A DNA stretch of 64,000 bases from Eledone cirrhosa (lineage: Eukaryota), in assembly GCA_964016885.1 (NCBI GenBank), contig OZ024753.1, positions 9,362,001 through 9,426,000 of the forward strand, in the 5' to 3' direction. The notes under the pieces are model-generated. The model did no database searches. It had not been told where the DNA came from and saw only the letters and a list, made by a program, of their open reading frames with translations. Numbering within the stretch: position 1 is the stretch's first letter; each line of letters begins with the position of its first letter. A program made the translations under genes and the position numbers. Below are positions 12,435 through 24,404 of this stretch, piece after piece.

Positions 12435-13380
12435 ACTTGTCTTCCTATATCAAGCGTTAAACTAATATATTTCTACATTGGCAAATTGACAGAGTCATTG
12501 GGGTGTCAGTATTGTTTCATTTCTCTGCTCTCTGAGTTCAAATCCCACCAAGGTCAGCTTTGCCTTTCATTTACTCGCGGTTGATAAAAAGGCATTTCTT
12601 CATTGTACTGTGTTGTTTGCTTTGTTATTTCTGTTTACTTTTTGCATATATAAATTTCATATTTTATTATGAGATGCTTTATAAGTTTTCCTCATTGCAG
12701 ACATGTGAGAATTTACTGATTGCAATAATTTGTAATTTCTTGCAATTATTGAAGAATTTTATATTTTGTTGCAAAGGCCATGTCATCGATAATGTTCATT
12801 GTACTAAAGCTATCAAATATAGAGATTTCAGATTTGTCGATATGAGCAATTTTGAAAAATTTCATGACTCAATATATCAGTGTTTGTAGATTTTTGGTGA
12901 TTTTCAAATTTATTATAAATTATCACAATTACTCTAGATTTTTCACTTTTCACAATTCAAACAGTCTCAGAAACGATTAAAGTTCAATTATATAATCTTA
13001 GATATATGTAATTTTGAAAATTTTCGTAATCAATTACTTGTTGAAATTAGCAAAGTTTGGAGGTTTGCAATTATGATATAAATACTTTTTTAACTTTTAA
13101 TGGCTGAAGATGATATATTGTAATGTTTTAGTTTTAGGAATAGTTACATTGTCTCACAAGGAGTGAAGTAGTAGAGTTGTTAGACTCTCAGATAGAGTGT
13201 ATTACAGTATTTATTCTAGGTTTAAATGCCCAATGTAATGACACTGCCCCTACAGTTCTATCAAGAATTAAGACATCATAGATGGATGGACATCCTATAA
13301 CTGCATGTCATAAGGAGTTACTAAAGTTGGCATTAAGAAATGCTCCTTCTTTTTTAGTCCCTTCTGATCTCTATGGCACA

Positions 13381-13608
13381 TTAACCCTTTAGTATTCACA
13401 TTACCCTATATATACTATTATATTTTCATGGTAAAGGCTTTACCTCGCATAATTATCTCACATAATGTCGAATCTATGAGATTTAGAAAGTATTTATTTT
13501 GAGAACAATATCTTATCATCAGTTTGAGTGACCAGTTACAGCCAGTTTCAACAGAAAAAGGTAGAGAATTCTGGCCGGTTTTAGCCGGTTTGAACATTAA
13601 AGTATTAA
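13381..13608 (+). mobile_element. ~230-bp TTAA-flanked piggyBac-like MITE
   Basis: Begins TTAA|CCCTTTAG; family terminus AAATGCTAAAGGG|TTAA (decayed here); multiple copies in the window. Confidence 0.75.
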
Positions 13609-13774
13609 GGGACAATCTCCACTCTGCACAGTTGGAAGTGTTGTCATGGGCCTGCTCCCAGTCCAGACCCCTGCTTGCTTACTCCTCCATTACAGACCTC
13701 AACTAGGTCTTAACAAATCTGCCCTGCTTCCTACACCTACACTTCTGGCTTCCTTTCAAGGGAGAGACTCATTT

Positions 13775-14005
13775 GCCACATGTGTAACATGTGGCCATAT
13801 GTACTGCATGGGCATGTGTACCACATGCACGTGAGAAACACGTGCACATGTGTACCACACGGATATGTGTAACATGTGGACATATGTACCGCGTGGCTAT
13901 GTATACCACATGGCCATGTGTACCATGTGCACATATTACCACATGTCCATGTGTACTACATGGCTATGGCCATGCATGCTATATGGTCATGTGTACTACA
14001 TGGCC
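13775..14005. repeat. Degenerate tandem repeat rich in CATG/CACATGTG palindromes
   Basis: Recurrent ACCACATGGCCATGTGT-like units. Confidence 0.7.
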
Positions 14006-14355
14006 AAGCATCTTTCACCTCCACATGATGATAGCGTCCCATGCTATATCAACATATTTCATTGCCGATACCAGGCAATCCTGTAGAAAGTTTGACCGAC
14101 ACGATCCCAGACCTCATTCACTTACCATGTGGGGTGGAACTCATTATATCAGACCGAGGAACCAATGTTTCCATTGGTCTTTCCATTGCTGATACTATCT
14201 ACAAGTTGCAACACCTGGCAGAAAGAGCAATGTGAAACTAAGTGTCTTGCTCAAGGATATATTGCATCATGAGGTCCAGGAATTGAACTCGCAACCTCAC
14301 AATTATGAATCCAGTTCTCTAACCACTAAGCCATGTAAGCAGACCAGTAAGAATT

Positions 14356-14584
14356 TTAGCCCTTTAACATTTACATTACTCTGTGTATACTATTGTATTT
14401 TCACGGTAAACACTTTATTTCACTTAATTATCTCACATAATATCGAATCTATGAGATTTTGATATTATTTATTTTGAGAACAGTACCTTAACATCAGTAT
14501 GAGTGGCCGTTTATGACTGGTTTGAACAGAAAGAGGTGAGATAATTCTGGCTGGATACTGTTGGTTTAAATGCTAAAGGGTTAA
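14356..14584 (+). mobile_element. piggyBac-like MITE (same family as 13381)
   Basis: TTAGCCCTTTAACATTT...AAATGCTAAAGGGTTAA. Confidence 0.8.
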
Positions 14585-16577
14585 AATGTTCAATTTAACC
14601 ATAAAATGTGTTTAGGTTTGATTATCTCATACAAAAGAATAATTATTATTTGAGGAATAATAGAAGCATAATTCATAATTAGAATTTTGATAATTGAAAA
14701 TCAAGTTTTTCAAACGTTCTTGGTCACAGTTATGTGGATTCCAATTAGCATAAAACTTTCATTCTAAATATTCCTGTTTGAGGATTTTGTGATTTTATAA
14801 TTTTTTTGTTTCTCAATATTTCAGAATTTCCAATTCTTGAATATCCATTTTTCTTAAGTCATCCAATGCCTTGAGGCAGTGGTGAGGTATTGACAAAATT
14901 TGAGCTCTGAAGTCCTTGGTCGACTATATATTTGACAAAATATTTGCCATTTTACAACCCAGCTTGAGTAAAAGAATATATGACTTTGAAAAAGATACAC
15001 ATAATTTGTTTTTAAAAAATTCTGAGAGTTAAAATATAATTAACGTTTGTTGACATGGCCTACTTTTATAGTCTCTATAACTGCAGACCTGTCAGTATTT
15101 TAAAATCTTCAAGATCAAAATTAGATCCCAATCACAATCAAATGCCAAAATTGATTATTTATGTAACATGTAAAAGTTGTACTTCATTATTACCATTTGC
15201 TAAAATGTCAACATTTTCCTTTTTCTTGACTTGTTATAGTTTTCAAATATTCTAATGATAATTATATCGCAGTTTCCAGAGTTCACAAGAGCACCCATGA
15301 TAGAAATACATGATTCAAATTATACCAATGCTGGTAGAATTCATAAGATTCATTAGTTTTGTTTCTTTCTTTATTATTATTTTTTATTTTTATGTTGGTG
15401 TCTGTGCAGCTATCATACATTTCAAATAATTCTAATGAAAGAAATATGGTAAATTTCACGTCAGATAAATCTTAACCCTTTAGCATTTACATTACTCTAT
15501 ATTAGAGGAATATGACTCATACAGACTCGCCCCTTATCTCCCTTTGTTGTGGAACTCTTCTTCACTAGACATCAAAGCTCTTTCGTCACTTTGCAAATGG
15601 CTTACTCATGGACACAGACACACTGAGAACTTCTTTTGTCATTGCTTCAGAAATAAAGTCTTAAGAAAAGCAGAGTGTTCGAGACTCATTTACTACATAT
15701 ATACTATTATATCCTCTCACCTTATTCTGTTCAAACCATCTGTAACCGGCCATTCACACTGATGTTAAGGTATTGTTCTCAAAATAAATAACATCAAAAA
15801 TTCATAGCTTCAATATTATGTGAGGTAAAGCCTTTACCATGAAAGTATAAAGGCATATAATCAACATCACTCATGAGTCTGTTTATGTATATGTTTGTGT
15901 AGATGTGTGTGGGTATGTAATAATTATTTTTACTTAGCATTCTATCAATAACTAAAATCAAATTCATTCAAATACGATGATCAATGTCACAGCTCAAATT
16001 GCAACGATTAGATAACATTGAGAAGTGTATTAACTTGAATTACCATCCATATTCCATGTATGTTTCAGTAAAAATAATTATTACAATCACACACATCTAC
16101 ACAAACATATACAAACTCATTAGAGAAAATAATTATTGTCAGTGTATCAAGAATATAAAACAACCACAGTTAAAAGGTATATTATAAATACACATCTACC
16201 CTTAATTTAACAGTTCATACATGTTTTACAACATCAACTATAAGTCACTGCCTGCTTTTTGTGGCTTTAAGTCACATGAGTTTAGGTTGGTTTCAGTAAT
16301 GGAGAGCACAATTGAAAGGAAACGTTGTTTAGCAAGAGAAGCACAGAGGAATAGAAGAGCAGGCTTCTCAATTGAAAGATCTGCTGCCATCAGAAACCAA
16401 GACACAATTAGACAAGCATTTCACTGTGAAAATTAAACTGGTTCAAGGACAGAATATCAGAGAGAAAGAATTTCGCAAAGGATTGCAAATGAAACAGAAG
16501 AAGAGACTATTCAAAGACAACAAAGGAATACCAATGCAACGAGAGCTTCCTGTGTAAATGATGCAACTTTTATACCT

Positions 16578-16774
16578 AATAATTGTTTCTACTTTAGGCA
16601 CACGGCCAGCAATTATCCCAGTGTATTACTGGTACTTTATTTTATCGACCCCGTAAGGATGAAAGACAAAGATCTATCTAATTGTTTCTACTTTTGGCAC
16701 AAGGCTAGCAATTATCCCAGTGTATTACTGGCACTTTATTTTATCGACCCCGTAAGGATGAAAGGCAAAGTCAA
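16578..16774 (-). mobile_element. Two tandem 3' fragments of SINE family B inside the Helitron ORF
   Basis: AATTGTTTCTACTTT..GGCACAAGGC..CAGTGTATTACTGG..ATCGACCCCGTAAGGATGAAAG occurs twice. Confidence 0.85.
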
Positions 16775-17805
16775 ATGACACATATTCAGAAAACAGTTCA
16801 CATTCATAACTGTGGAAATATGGACTTTCTCAGTTTTCCTCAGGAAAATATTTTTCTGCAGAGAAACCATCAGATGGACGCTTTAATAATTGTCAGAAAG
16901 GCAAAATTTTACGTCCTTATCAGAAGAGAATTTCCACCATATTTAGCTTCGTTATCTGATCAAAATCATCCTCATAGGAATTTCAAAGAAAATATTATGT
17001 CATATAATTCATCACTACCATTCGCTTCGATTGGTGCTCAAGTGCAGAATCCACGAGGAAAAAGCCCATTTTTTTTCCCCCTGCGAGCATGGACAAATTT
17101 ACCACAAAACTTCACATATTCACCCAAATGAAGGCAAACGAAAGCAATATGCTCAGCTTTATGTTGTAGACAGCGTCCAAGCAACAGAAATAAGAGCTTA
17201 GAACCACGCCAATTCAGGCTGCCTCCAAGAAGTGCTCGAAAACTTGGATATTATTATTAGTAGAGATAATGTGTATGCCCAGTCTTTTCAAACACTTTGT
17301 GAAATTCAAGTACAAGAAGAACAGCGTGTTCAAGAAGAAAATATTGAAAATCCCAAGTGTCAACTTCGTATTCAACAGAGATTGTAATACCGACAGAAGG
17401 AGATACAATTTGCCAACAGTCAATGAAATTGCTATTGTATTTAGAAACAAAGCAAGTGAACCACCATTTCGTAGAGATTTTAAAGTATATCCAAGGAACT
17501 CTGTGGCTCCTATTATAAATCTTAACATCTTGAGCTCAAGTCTTGATCCAATGGCATAAGTATTGTTTTTCCCACACAGTGAACCAGGATGGCAACCAAA
17601 CATGACTAGAAATTGTGATGACCAGCAACGACAAAACAGTGGCTTTAAGCTCCCAGTCCCTATCTTGGAAAATTCTACATCACTAATGAAGATTCCATCA
17701 CAGCGCTCTGAAAAATTAAAATTAGTTGACCTAATAATAATTGATGAGGCATCAATGCTTTCAGAAAATGCATTGAGGTGCATTGATCTACTGCTAAAGG
17801 AAATA

Positions 17806-17946
17806 ATGGTTTCTTACATAGGCACAAGTCCAGCAATTTTGGGGGAGGGGAAAGTCGATTAAATCGACCCCAGTGCGTGACTGGTACTTTATTTTATCAA
17901 CCCCGTAGGGATGAAAGGCAAAGTTAACTTTGGCATGATTTGAACT
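17806..17946 (-). mobile_element. SINE family B fragment (long variant) inside the helicase region
   Basis: GGCACAAG..GGGGGAGGGGAAAGTCGATTAAATCGACCCCAGTG..GATGAAAGGCAAAGTTAAC..ATTTGAACTC. Confidence 0.85.
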
Positions 17947-19039
17947 CCTTTTGAGAGTAAAATTCTCCTTCTTGGAGGGGACATGAGGCAAACTGCATCG
18001 GTTATTACGAGAGGGTCAAATGCTGCTATAATTGAATCTTCTATCAAATATTCTCCTCTGTGGACAGATGTGACAATTTTTACTTTAACTGAAAATATGC
18101 AAATAAATGGACAAGAAGAATTCAACACGTGGCTTCTTAGCATAGGAAATGGAACAGTCACAACTTAAATCAAGATCTAATAGAAATACCTGAAACCATG
18201 ATCTCATCTGGAAATTTGATAAGAGATGTATTTGGCAACGACATTTCTGTCGTAAGTATCAGCGATATTGATGAAATTTTGACAAAAATTATTTAAACAC
18301 AAAAAAAAAAAACAAAGATTCAATCGAATTGAATACCAAGATATTATCACTTCTAGATGGAGACTTGCAGATATATCAAAGTGTGTATGTGTTGGTTGAC
18401 GAAAGTGATGTGAAATCATGAATTATCTGGAAGAGGTTTTGAATTCTCTAATGTTGTCAGGGATGCCCCCATACAATCTAGCACTGAAGAAAAATTCCAT
18501 TGTGATGTTGCTGAGAAATTTGGATCCTGTTAATGGCTTGCTGAATGGTATTCGATTTTTGGTTTTATATTCTAATGAATTTTATATTCATGCAAAAATC
18601 ATTGTTGGCAGTAAAAAAGGAAATGAAGCTTTTGTGGGTATGGTGTGGTGTGAGGTGCCTGGAAGCTGGGGAGTGCTCGACCGGAAGAGTGCTTGACTGG
18701 AAGGGTGCTTGGCCGGAAGGGTGCTTGACAGGAAGGGCCAGCAAGTCGGCCTCTCTCGAGCTGTGATCAGGAACGTGGTGGACGTCAGTTTGGCAGCTCC
18801 CGGGTTAACGAGTTGGATTGTACACATGTGGGAGAGGAGAAACCAGCCATGGGATCTAGCAGCGCCAGTGAAAAGCGGTAAGTGAGGTAGCTTTTTCTAA
18901 CAACAAGCTATTTCGGCACTGGAAACTGAGATGTGATTGAAAAAAAAAAAAAAAAAAAAAAACTTTCTCGAAAACAAAGCTACTGGAAAAATAGAGAGGA
19001 GTCTGTTTTTTTTTATTATGTACCGCAAGAAAAATTAGG

Positions 19040-19755
19040 ATGGCGACGAGACTACGAATGAGCGAAGCGATTAGGGCATTTACCGGTGAAAGTGATGTCG
19101 CTTGGCTGCGAAAAGTCCAGCTGGTTGCAAGCTTACAGAAGATAGAAGATGTGGCTGGCCTCATGGCATTGTACCTCGAGGGGGATGTGTTGGTACTCTT
19201 CCTTGAGATGGATGAACACAGCCAAAGGGATGCGCAAAAGATTGAGAGGCGCACGATGGAAGCGTTCGCAGAGGAACCGTTAGCCGTTTTGCTAAGCTGG
19301 CAAGAATTAGATGGAACGGTGAACGCGTTGACATTTTCGCAGTGGAAATACGGTGATTGGCCATGTTGGCTGGATATCAGGTGGAATGCGAACACACAGT
19401 GTGGTTGGCGTTCATAAATGGATTTCCAGATGATATAGCGGTGAAACTACAGTAAGTTCTGGGTTACAAAGAAATGGAGATGCGTGCACTGGTGGAGCAA
19501 GCCCGCATCATAGCAGAAGATGCCAAGAAGAGTGTCGCGGCGATAGAAAACTACAGAGGCCCAATGCAGCTGGCAGCGAAATGGTGAAAGGGAGGCAACC
19601 ACGGCACGCGGTCGCCCACGAACGTTTAGAGGTCGCTGTTTTAGGTGCCAGGGCCCGCACATGGCGAGAGACTGTAGAGAGTCAAGGCTGGAAATAATAT
19701 GCTACCGGTGTAAGCGACCAGGCCACATCGCTACTAGCTGCAACCAGGGAAATGA
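19040..19755 (+). pseudogene. gag: gag with two zinc knuckles (frameshifted)
   Basis: MATRLRMSEAIRAFTGE...; CFRCQGPHMARDC and CYRCKRPGHIATSC at ~19635-19742. Confidence 0.8.
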
Positions 19756-19799
19756 TCCAAGGGCAACTACTGCACCGGTAGTTGCCCCTTACGAGTAGA

Positions 19800-22150
19800 G
19801 GCGCTGCCCGTGGTGAAAGTCTTCGTGAGAGGAAAGCCACAGCAAGCCCTCGTGGACACGGGCTGTACGACGACACTGGTAGACACAGGGTGGTGCAGAG
19901 GTGGAGAGGGAAGAGCAGCATAAGGGCAGTCGATGGTAGGAAATTGAATGCCGAGGTCGCAGCGAGGTGGAGATGGTGGTACGGAGATGGAGAACCAGAA
20001 GGCCCATGAGGAGAAATACCCCGCTTACACTGTGCAGGACAAAGACTTCAAGGCCGTGTTCGATGGGCAGCGATGGGTTGTTGAGTGGTACTGGAAGGGA
20101 GAACACCAAAGTGGGCTGCTATCAACACACATTGAAGGGAGACATTAGGAGCGAGTTCGAGCGAAAGGTAGAGAGATGGATTACAGAGGGCATACTGCTT
20201 CCCTGGAAAGAGGAGGTGAAGTGAGGAGGTGAAGTGCAGAGTATTGCCGTTAATGGCGGTGGCGCAACCCACAAAGAACAAGGTGAGGCCGGTACTGCAC
20301 TTTCGGGAGCTGAACGAGCACGTGTCATGCCACACGGGACATATTGCCTGACCAGGCTCGGTTTCGGGCTGAGCTCCGCACTGAAGATCATGGTGGCGGT
20401 CCTCAAGACCATTCTGGGAAAGGCCGACAAGACGAAGAGGGCCACTAATTCCTACATTGACGACATCCTAGTGGACGAGTCTGTAGTGTCGGGGGCAGAG
20501 GTCACTAGCCATTTACAGGGGTATGGACTGGCTGCGAAACCATCAGAAGCGTTGGAGGGAGGAGCCGCACTGGGACTTAGGCTACGTCGAGACAGGACGG
20601 GCGTCTTAGTATTCCAGAGGGGAAATGAAGTTCCAGAACTGGGCCCAAGTATGAGTAGGCGGGAGCTTTTCTCGGCATGTGAAAAATTGGTGGGTCCCTA
20701 CCCGATTGCTGGGTGGCTCCGGACGGCATGCAGCTATGTCAAGAGACGAGTGGGAGAGGTGACTTGGAGTGACAGAGTGGGAGAGAGGACGGCGGCCATG
20801 ATGCAGGAGATCGTGGAGAGGGTGAAGGCCGACGACCCAGTGCGGGGACGCTGGTATGTTCCCAAATCACAGAGCGGGACCATATGGTGCAATGCCAGCA
20901 GCATAGTGCTGGGTGTCACGTTGGGGGTAGGAGGAGTTGAGGTCGAGGATGCAGCCTGGCTTAGGAAGAAAGACGACTGCAACCACATCAATGTGGCCGA
21001 ACTGGATGCGGTGTTGAGAGGGGTGAACCTCACCCTGAGGTGGGGACTGCGCACCATCGAGATACGCACCGACTCGGCTACTGTACTCGGATGGGTGAGA
21101 TCAGTGCTGACCAGTGAAAAGAGAGTGCGAACAAGAGGGGCGGCGGAGATGCTGATAAAGCACCGCCTGGGAACTTTAGGAGAGCTGGCCACCGAGTTTG
21201 ACCTGAGGCTGAGCGTAGTTTTCATGCCCTCAGAGAAAAATAGGGCTGACGTTTTAACCAGGGTGAAGAAAGCCTGGATGGAAGCGCCGGAGGAGATAGC
21301 TGCCGTGTGTCGGCTGACCAAGTCGGATCTGAAAGGGTTGCATGACATGCACCACATGGGAGTGGATAGGACTCTGTTCCTAGCCAGGAAAATCGACTCG
21401 GACAATAATAGACGCAGTGTTCAAAGAGTGGTTAGAGGCTGCGTCCGATGTCAGTCCATTGATCCCACCCTGGGTGTGCACGAAACGGGAAGCCTCCCAG
21501 AGGATCACAACTGGAAGTGATTGGCGGTGGATGTAACACACTACCGACAGGGAACGTACCTCTCGAAGGTCGACTGTGGACCGGGACAGATGGCGATATG
21601 GAGAGAGATGAAGACTGGAACGGCCGAGGAAATCATGTGGACGTTGAGAGAGGTGTTCTTGGAGCGGGGTCCTGTGGATGAACTGTTGATGGACAACAGT
21701 GCAGCGTTCCGCTCGGAGGCGCTGAGGGAGATGCTCGATGGATGGAAGGTAGACTGTTTCTTCAGAACAGCGTACAGGCTGAGCGGAAATGGAATCGTGG
21801 AGCAACACCACATATGATCAAAGCAATGGTGGAGCGGAGCCACATCTCACTAATGGAGGCAGTGTTCTGGTACATGTTCCCTTGGGTGGGACAGGTTGAG
21901 GAATCGGTGTCACACAGAGCAGTATTCAGATATGAGTGGCGGCACCCGTGCACGCCACCACAACGGCCAGTGGGGAGAGAGAATGCATTCGTGCAGGTGG
22001 GCAAAGAAGTCTGGGTTAAGCCCCCAGATGCACGTTGCACATCTCAATGGGGAAGGGGAACGGTGACGGCCGTAAATTCCCAGAACAATGTGTCCGTGGA
22101 CGGAGTACCACGTAATATCCTGGATGTCCGTAGAATTACTGTCAACGGAC
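19800..22150 (+). pseudogene. pol: pol: protease, partly deleted RT, RNase H, integrase
   Basis: ALVDTGCTTT; RLGFGL...SYIDDILV; CNAS...HINVAELDAV...TDS...NRADVLTR; H..HHMG...CVRC; AVDVTHY...MDN...GNGIVE. Confidence 0.9.
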
Positions 22151-23065
22151 TCCGAGGAAGAGGAAACCCAAAGTACTGCCCCAACACTGCGGAGATCGCA
22201 AAGAAGTCGCAAACCACCAACCTGGACAGCAGACTTTCATATGCTGAAGGATGAGGGGGAATTGATCCTTGAGATCAGGGGGGCATGTGGTGGCCAGAAG
22301 CTGGGAGTGCTCGACCGGAAGAGTGTTGACTGTCGTTAACAAATTAACGTATCTCCAAAAGGAAATTCTTTAAGTAGCTGTGTTAACAGTCGTCGACACA
22401 AATGGAGATAAGGGGTGAGACTGTATGATTCTCATTCCTCTAAAAATAATGTAATAGGGATGCTGATAAATTAAAGATATCTTGTGCCAAGACAATAATA
22501 AATCAATATAATTGAACAAAATTTGTAAATTTTGACAAGTATGAACAGATAAATCTTTAAATTCTCCATAACTAAGGCAATGAATACTTTATTTTTTATA
22601 GGTAGGTGCAGTGTGATTAAAATAATAAATTCTGAAAAAGTTTTAAACATGGAAACTAAGTCTTGAGTGATTTTAAGAATTTATATGATACTGGAAAAAC
22701 TATGCAGATTTGCTGATTTTGACAAAATTCTAATATGATTGTGATTATGAAAATTAAAAATTCTAAAAGTCTGCAATCATCAAAAATTGAAAACGCTGAC
22801 AAGTAGACAAATTCTTTAAATCAATAAGTAATATTCTCTGTCTTATGTGGGTTAATTACATGTACAAATTCTGAGTTATATTTGATGCTGAAAACTTGAA
22901 AATATGCAAATTCCATTAGGTCATAAAAAGATGAAGTCGTTTATGATATAATAAAATATAACTGCTTTAAAAGATATACCTGCATTGAATAATATGTAAT
23001 GTTACTTCCACTAATGTCATACAAGGAATCTTGAAAATCACCTCTTTTTATCAACCATAATGTGC

Positions 23066-23156
23066 CAGTTCTCATGCTTTTCAAAAGTAGAATTGAGATG
23101 GAGGGTTTGTGGTTTTTCATCCATCTCAATTCTACTTTTGAAAAGCATAAGAACTG
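23066..23156. repeat. Hairpin with 37-bp arms (1 mismatch) and 17-nt loop
   Basis: CAGTTCTCATGCTTTTCAAAAGTAGAATTGAGATGGA pairs with TCCATCTCAATTCTACTTTTGAAAAGCATAAGAACTG. Confidence 0.9.
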
Positions 23157-23436
23157 TGAAACTGGTAAAGGAAACAAATAAATATGCTTAAAAAGACTCC
23201 AGTTGCATTTTCAATTTCTTTTCCATACATATATATAATTACCAATATATATATATATATATATAATTAAAATAAAAACAACAGAGTCAAGTTATTTTAC
23301 CTAATCATATCATTGTTTTACGATCGATCATATTTACATATTGTCTAATCTATAGCAGTTATATAACAGTATATTATCAGACCTCATATATAGGTTCGAT
23401 CAGACTGTCTTCTTTGAAAACATATATATATATACT

Positions 23437-23616
23437 GCGTTTTTTGAATTTTTTTGCAAGATTTCTTATCTGAAAACATGTGTTGAAACAGATATTGTTA
23501 TACTTTGGGAGGGTCATGCTGAAAATATATAAACAACCATCAGGTTATCCAACCAACCAACTGGAAATTTATAATAAATTGAAGTGAAAACAACAGGTGC
23601 ATGATGTATAAGTATG

Positions 23617-23659
<43 letters not shown>

Positions 23660-23872
23660 ATACTTTGGGAGGGTCATGTTGCCAATAAGAAACACACGCA
23701 CCAGTTGCTTTCACTTCAATTTATTATATATTTATAAATTTACAAATTTATAAATTTATAAATTTCTGGTTGGTTGGTTGGTTCTTATTGGCAACATGAC
23801 CCTCCCAAAGTATAACAATTTCAACACACGATTTCAGATAAAGAATCTTGCTAAACAAATTCAGAAACGAAA
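23437..23872. repeat. Rearranged inverted copies of a dispersed repeat (also at 41785-41962)
   Basis: TGTTATACTTTGGGAGGGTCATG and CAACCAACC.GAAATTTATAATAAATTGAAGTG modules occur in both orientations around a (TA)n tract. Confidence 0.75.
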
Positions 23873-24180
23873 TATATATATATTTGTGTGTGTGTGAGTG
23901 TAGATAAGATTTTGTTTATGTATATCAAAAATGAATACTTAGATAAAATAACTGCTTACCAGAGAATTTGACTGGAGAGTATCCTTTGAATCATATAGCA
24001 TAAATATCCAAGATGGGGAATATGGTAAATAGATCCAGAAGAGATCACCACAGAAATATATGTTAAAACAAATAAATTCCTACTCTCCTTTCTCACCAAA
24101 GTCTATATTTTTCTTGGTGCAATATTTGCTTATATATATATATATATATATTTATATAATTAGTTACAACAGTGACATAT

Positions 24181-24231
24181 ACAGGGACTTAAGTTTCGTT
24201 GGGTTATGCAATACCAACTTATTCAACCTGT
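24181..24231 (-). ncRNA. Minimal type-I hammerhead-like motif with altered core
   Basis: Minus strand ACAGG-TTGAATA-A-GTTGG..CCAAC-GAAAC-TTAA-GTC-CCTGT: all three stems pair, GUC triplet, palindromic stem III. Confidence 0.65.
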
Positions 24232-24404
24232 GAGATAAAAAGAAAATGGCTACCTTCACAGACTGATTTGAGATTTTGGTTAAATATGCAAGAGTTCTTC
24301 AAAGGGGAGGTAATTTCGAATTTAGCTCTAAATAAACAAGACTTTTAGATAGTGTAAATGGAGGTAACTAATCAAATCCTCTGTTAGTGAATCCTTCTCT
24401 CCTA

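Larger units (their letters stand above)
16299..18632 (+). pseudogene. Helitron RepHel remnant: N-terminal region plus Pif1-like helicase; HUH Rep domain deleted; frameshifts and SINE insertions
   Basis: NFKENIMSYNSSLPFASIG, YAQLYVVD, RRYNLPTVNEIA, LDPMA.VLFFP..EPGW, FKLPVP, IIIDEASM, GGDMRQ, LTENM, WLLSIGNG and GMPPYNL..K...VMLLRNLD..NGLLNG are hallmark Helitron motifs. Confidence 0.9.
18644..22331 (+). mobile_element. Ty3/Gypsy-order LTR retrotransposon, degenerate, 3' LTR truncated
   Basis: LTR start GAAGCTGGG(G)AGTGCTCGACCGGAAGAGTG at ~18662 and ~22297; purine tract GAGATCAGGGGGGCA before the 3' TG; domain order gag-PR-RT-RH-INT; markedly GC-rich versus flanks. Confidence 0.9.

Noticed and set aside
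23960-24105. Minus-strand open frame ending at a GTAAGC donor
   Set aside because: Purine-rich acceptor and no recognisable protein similarity.
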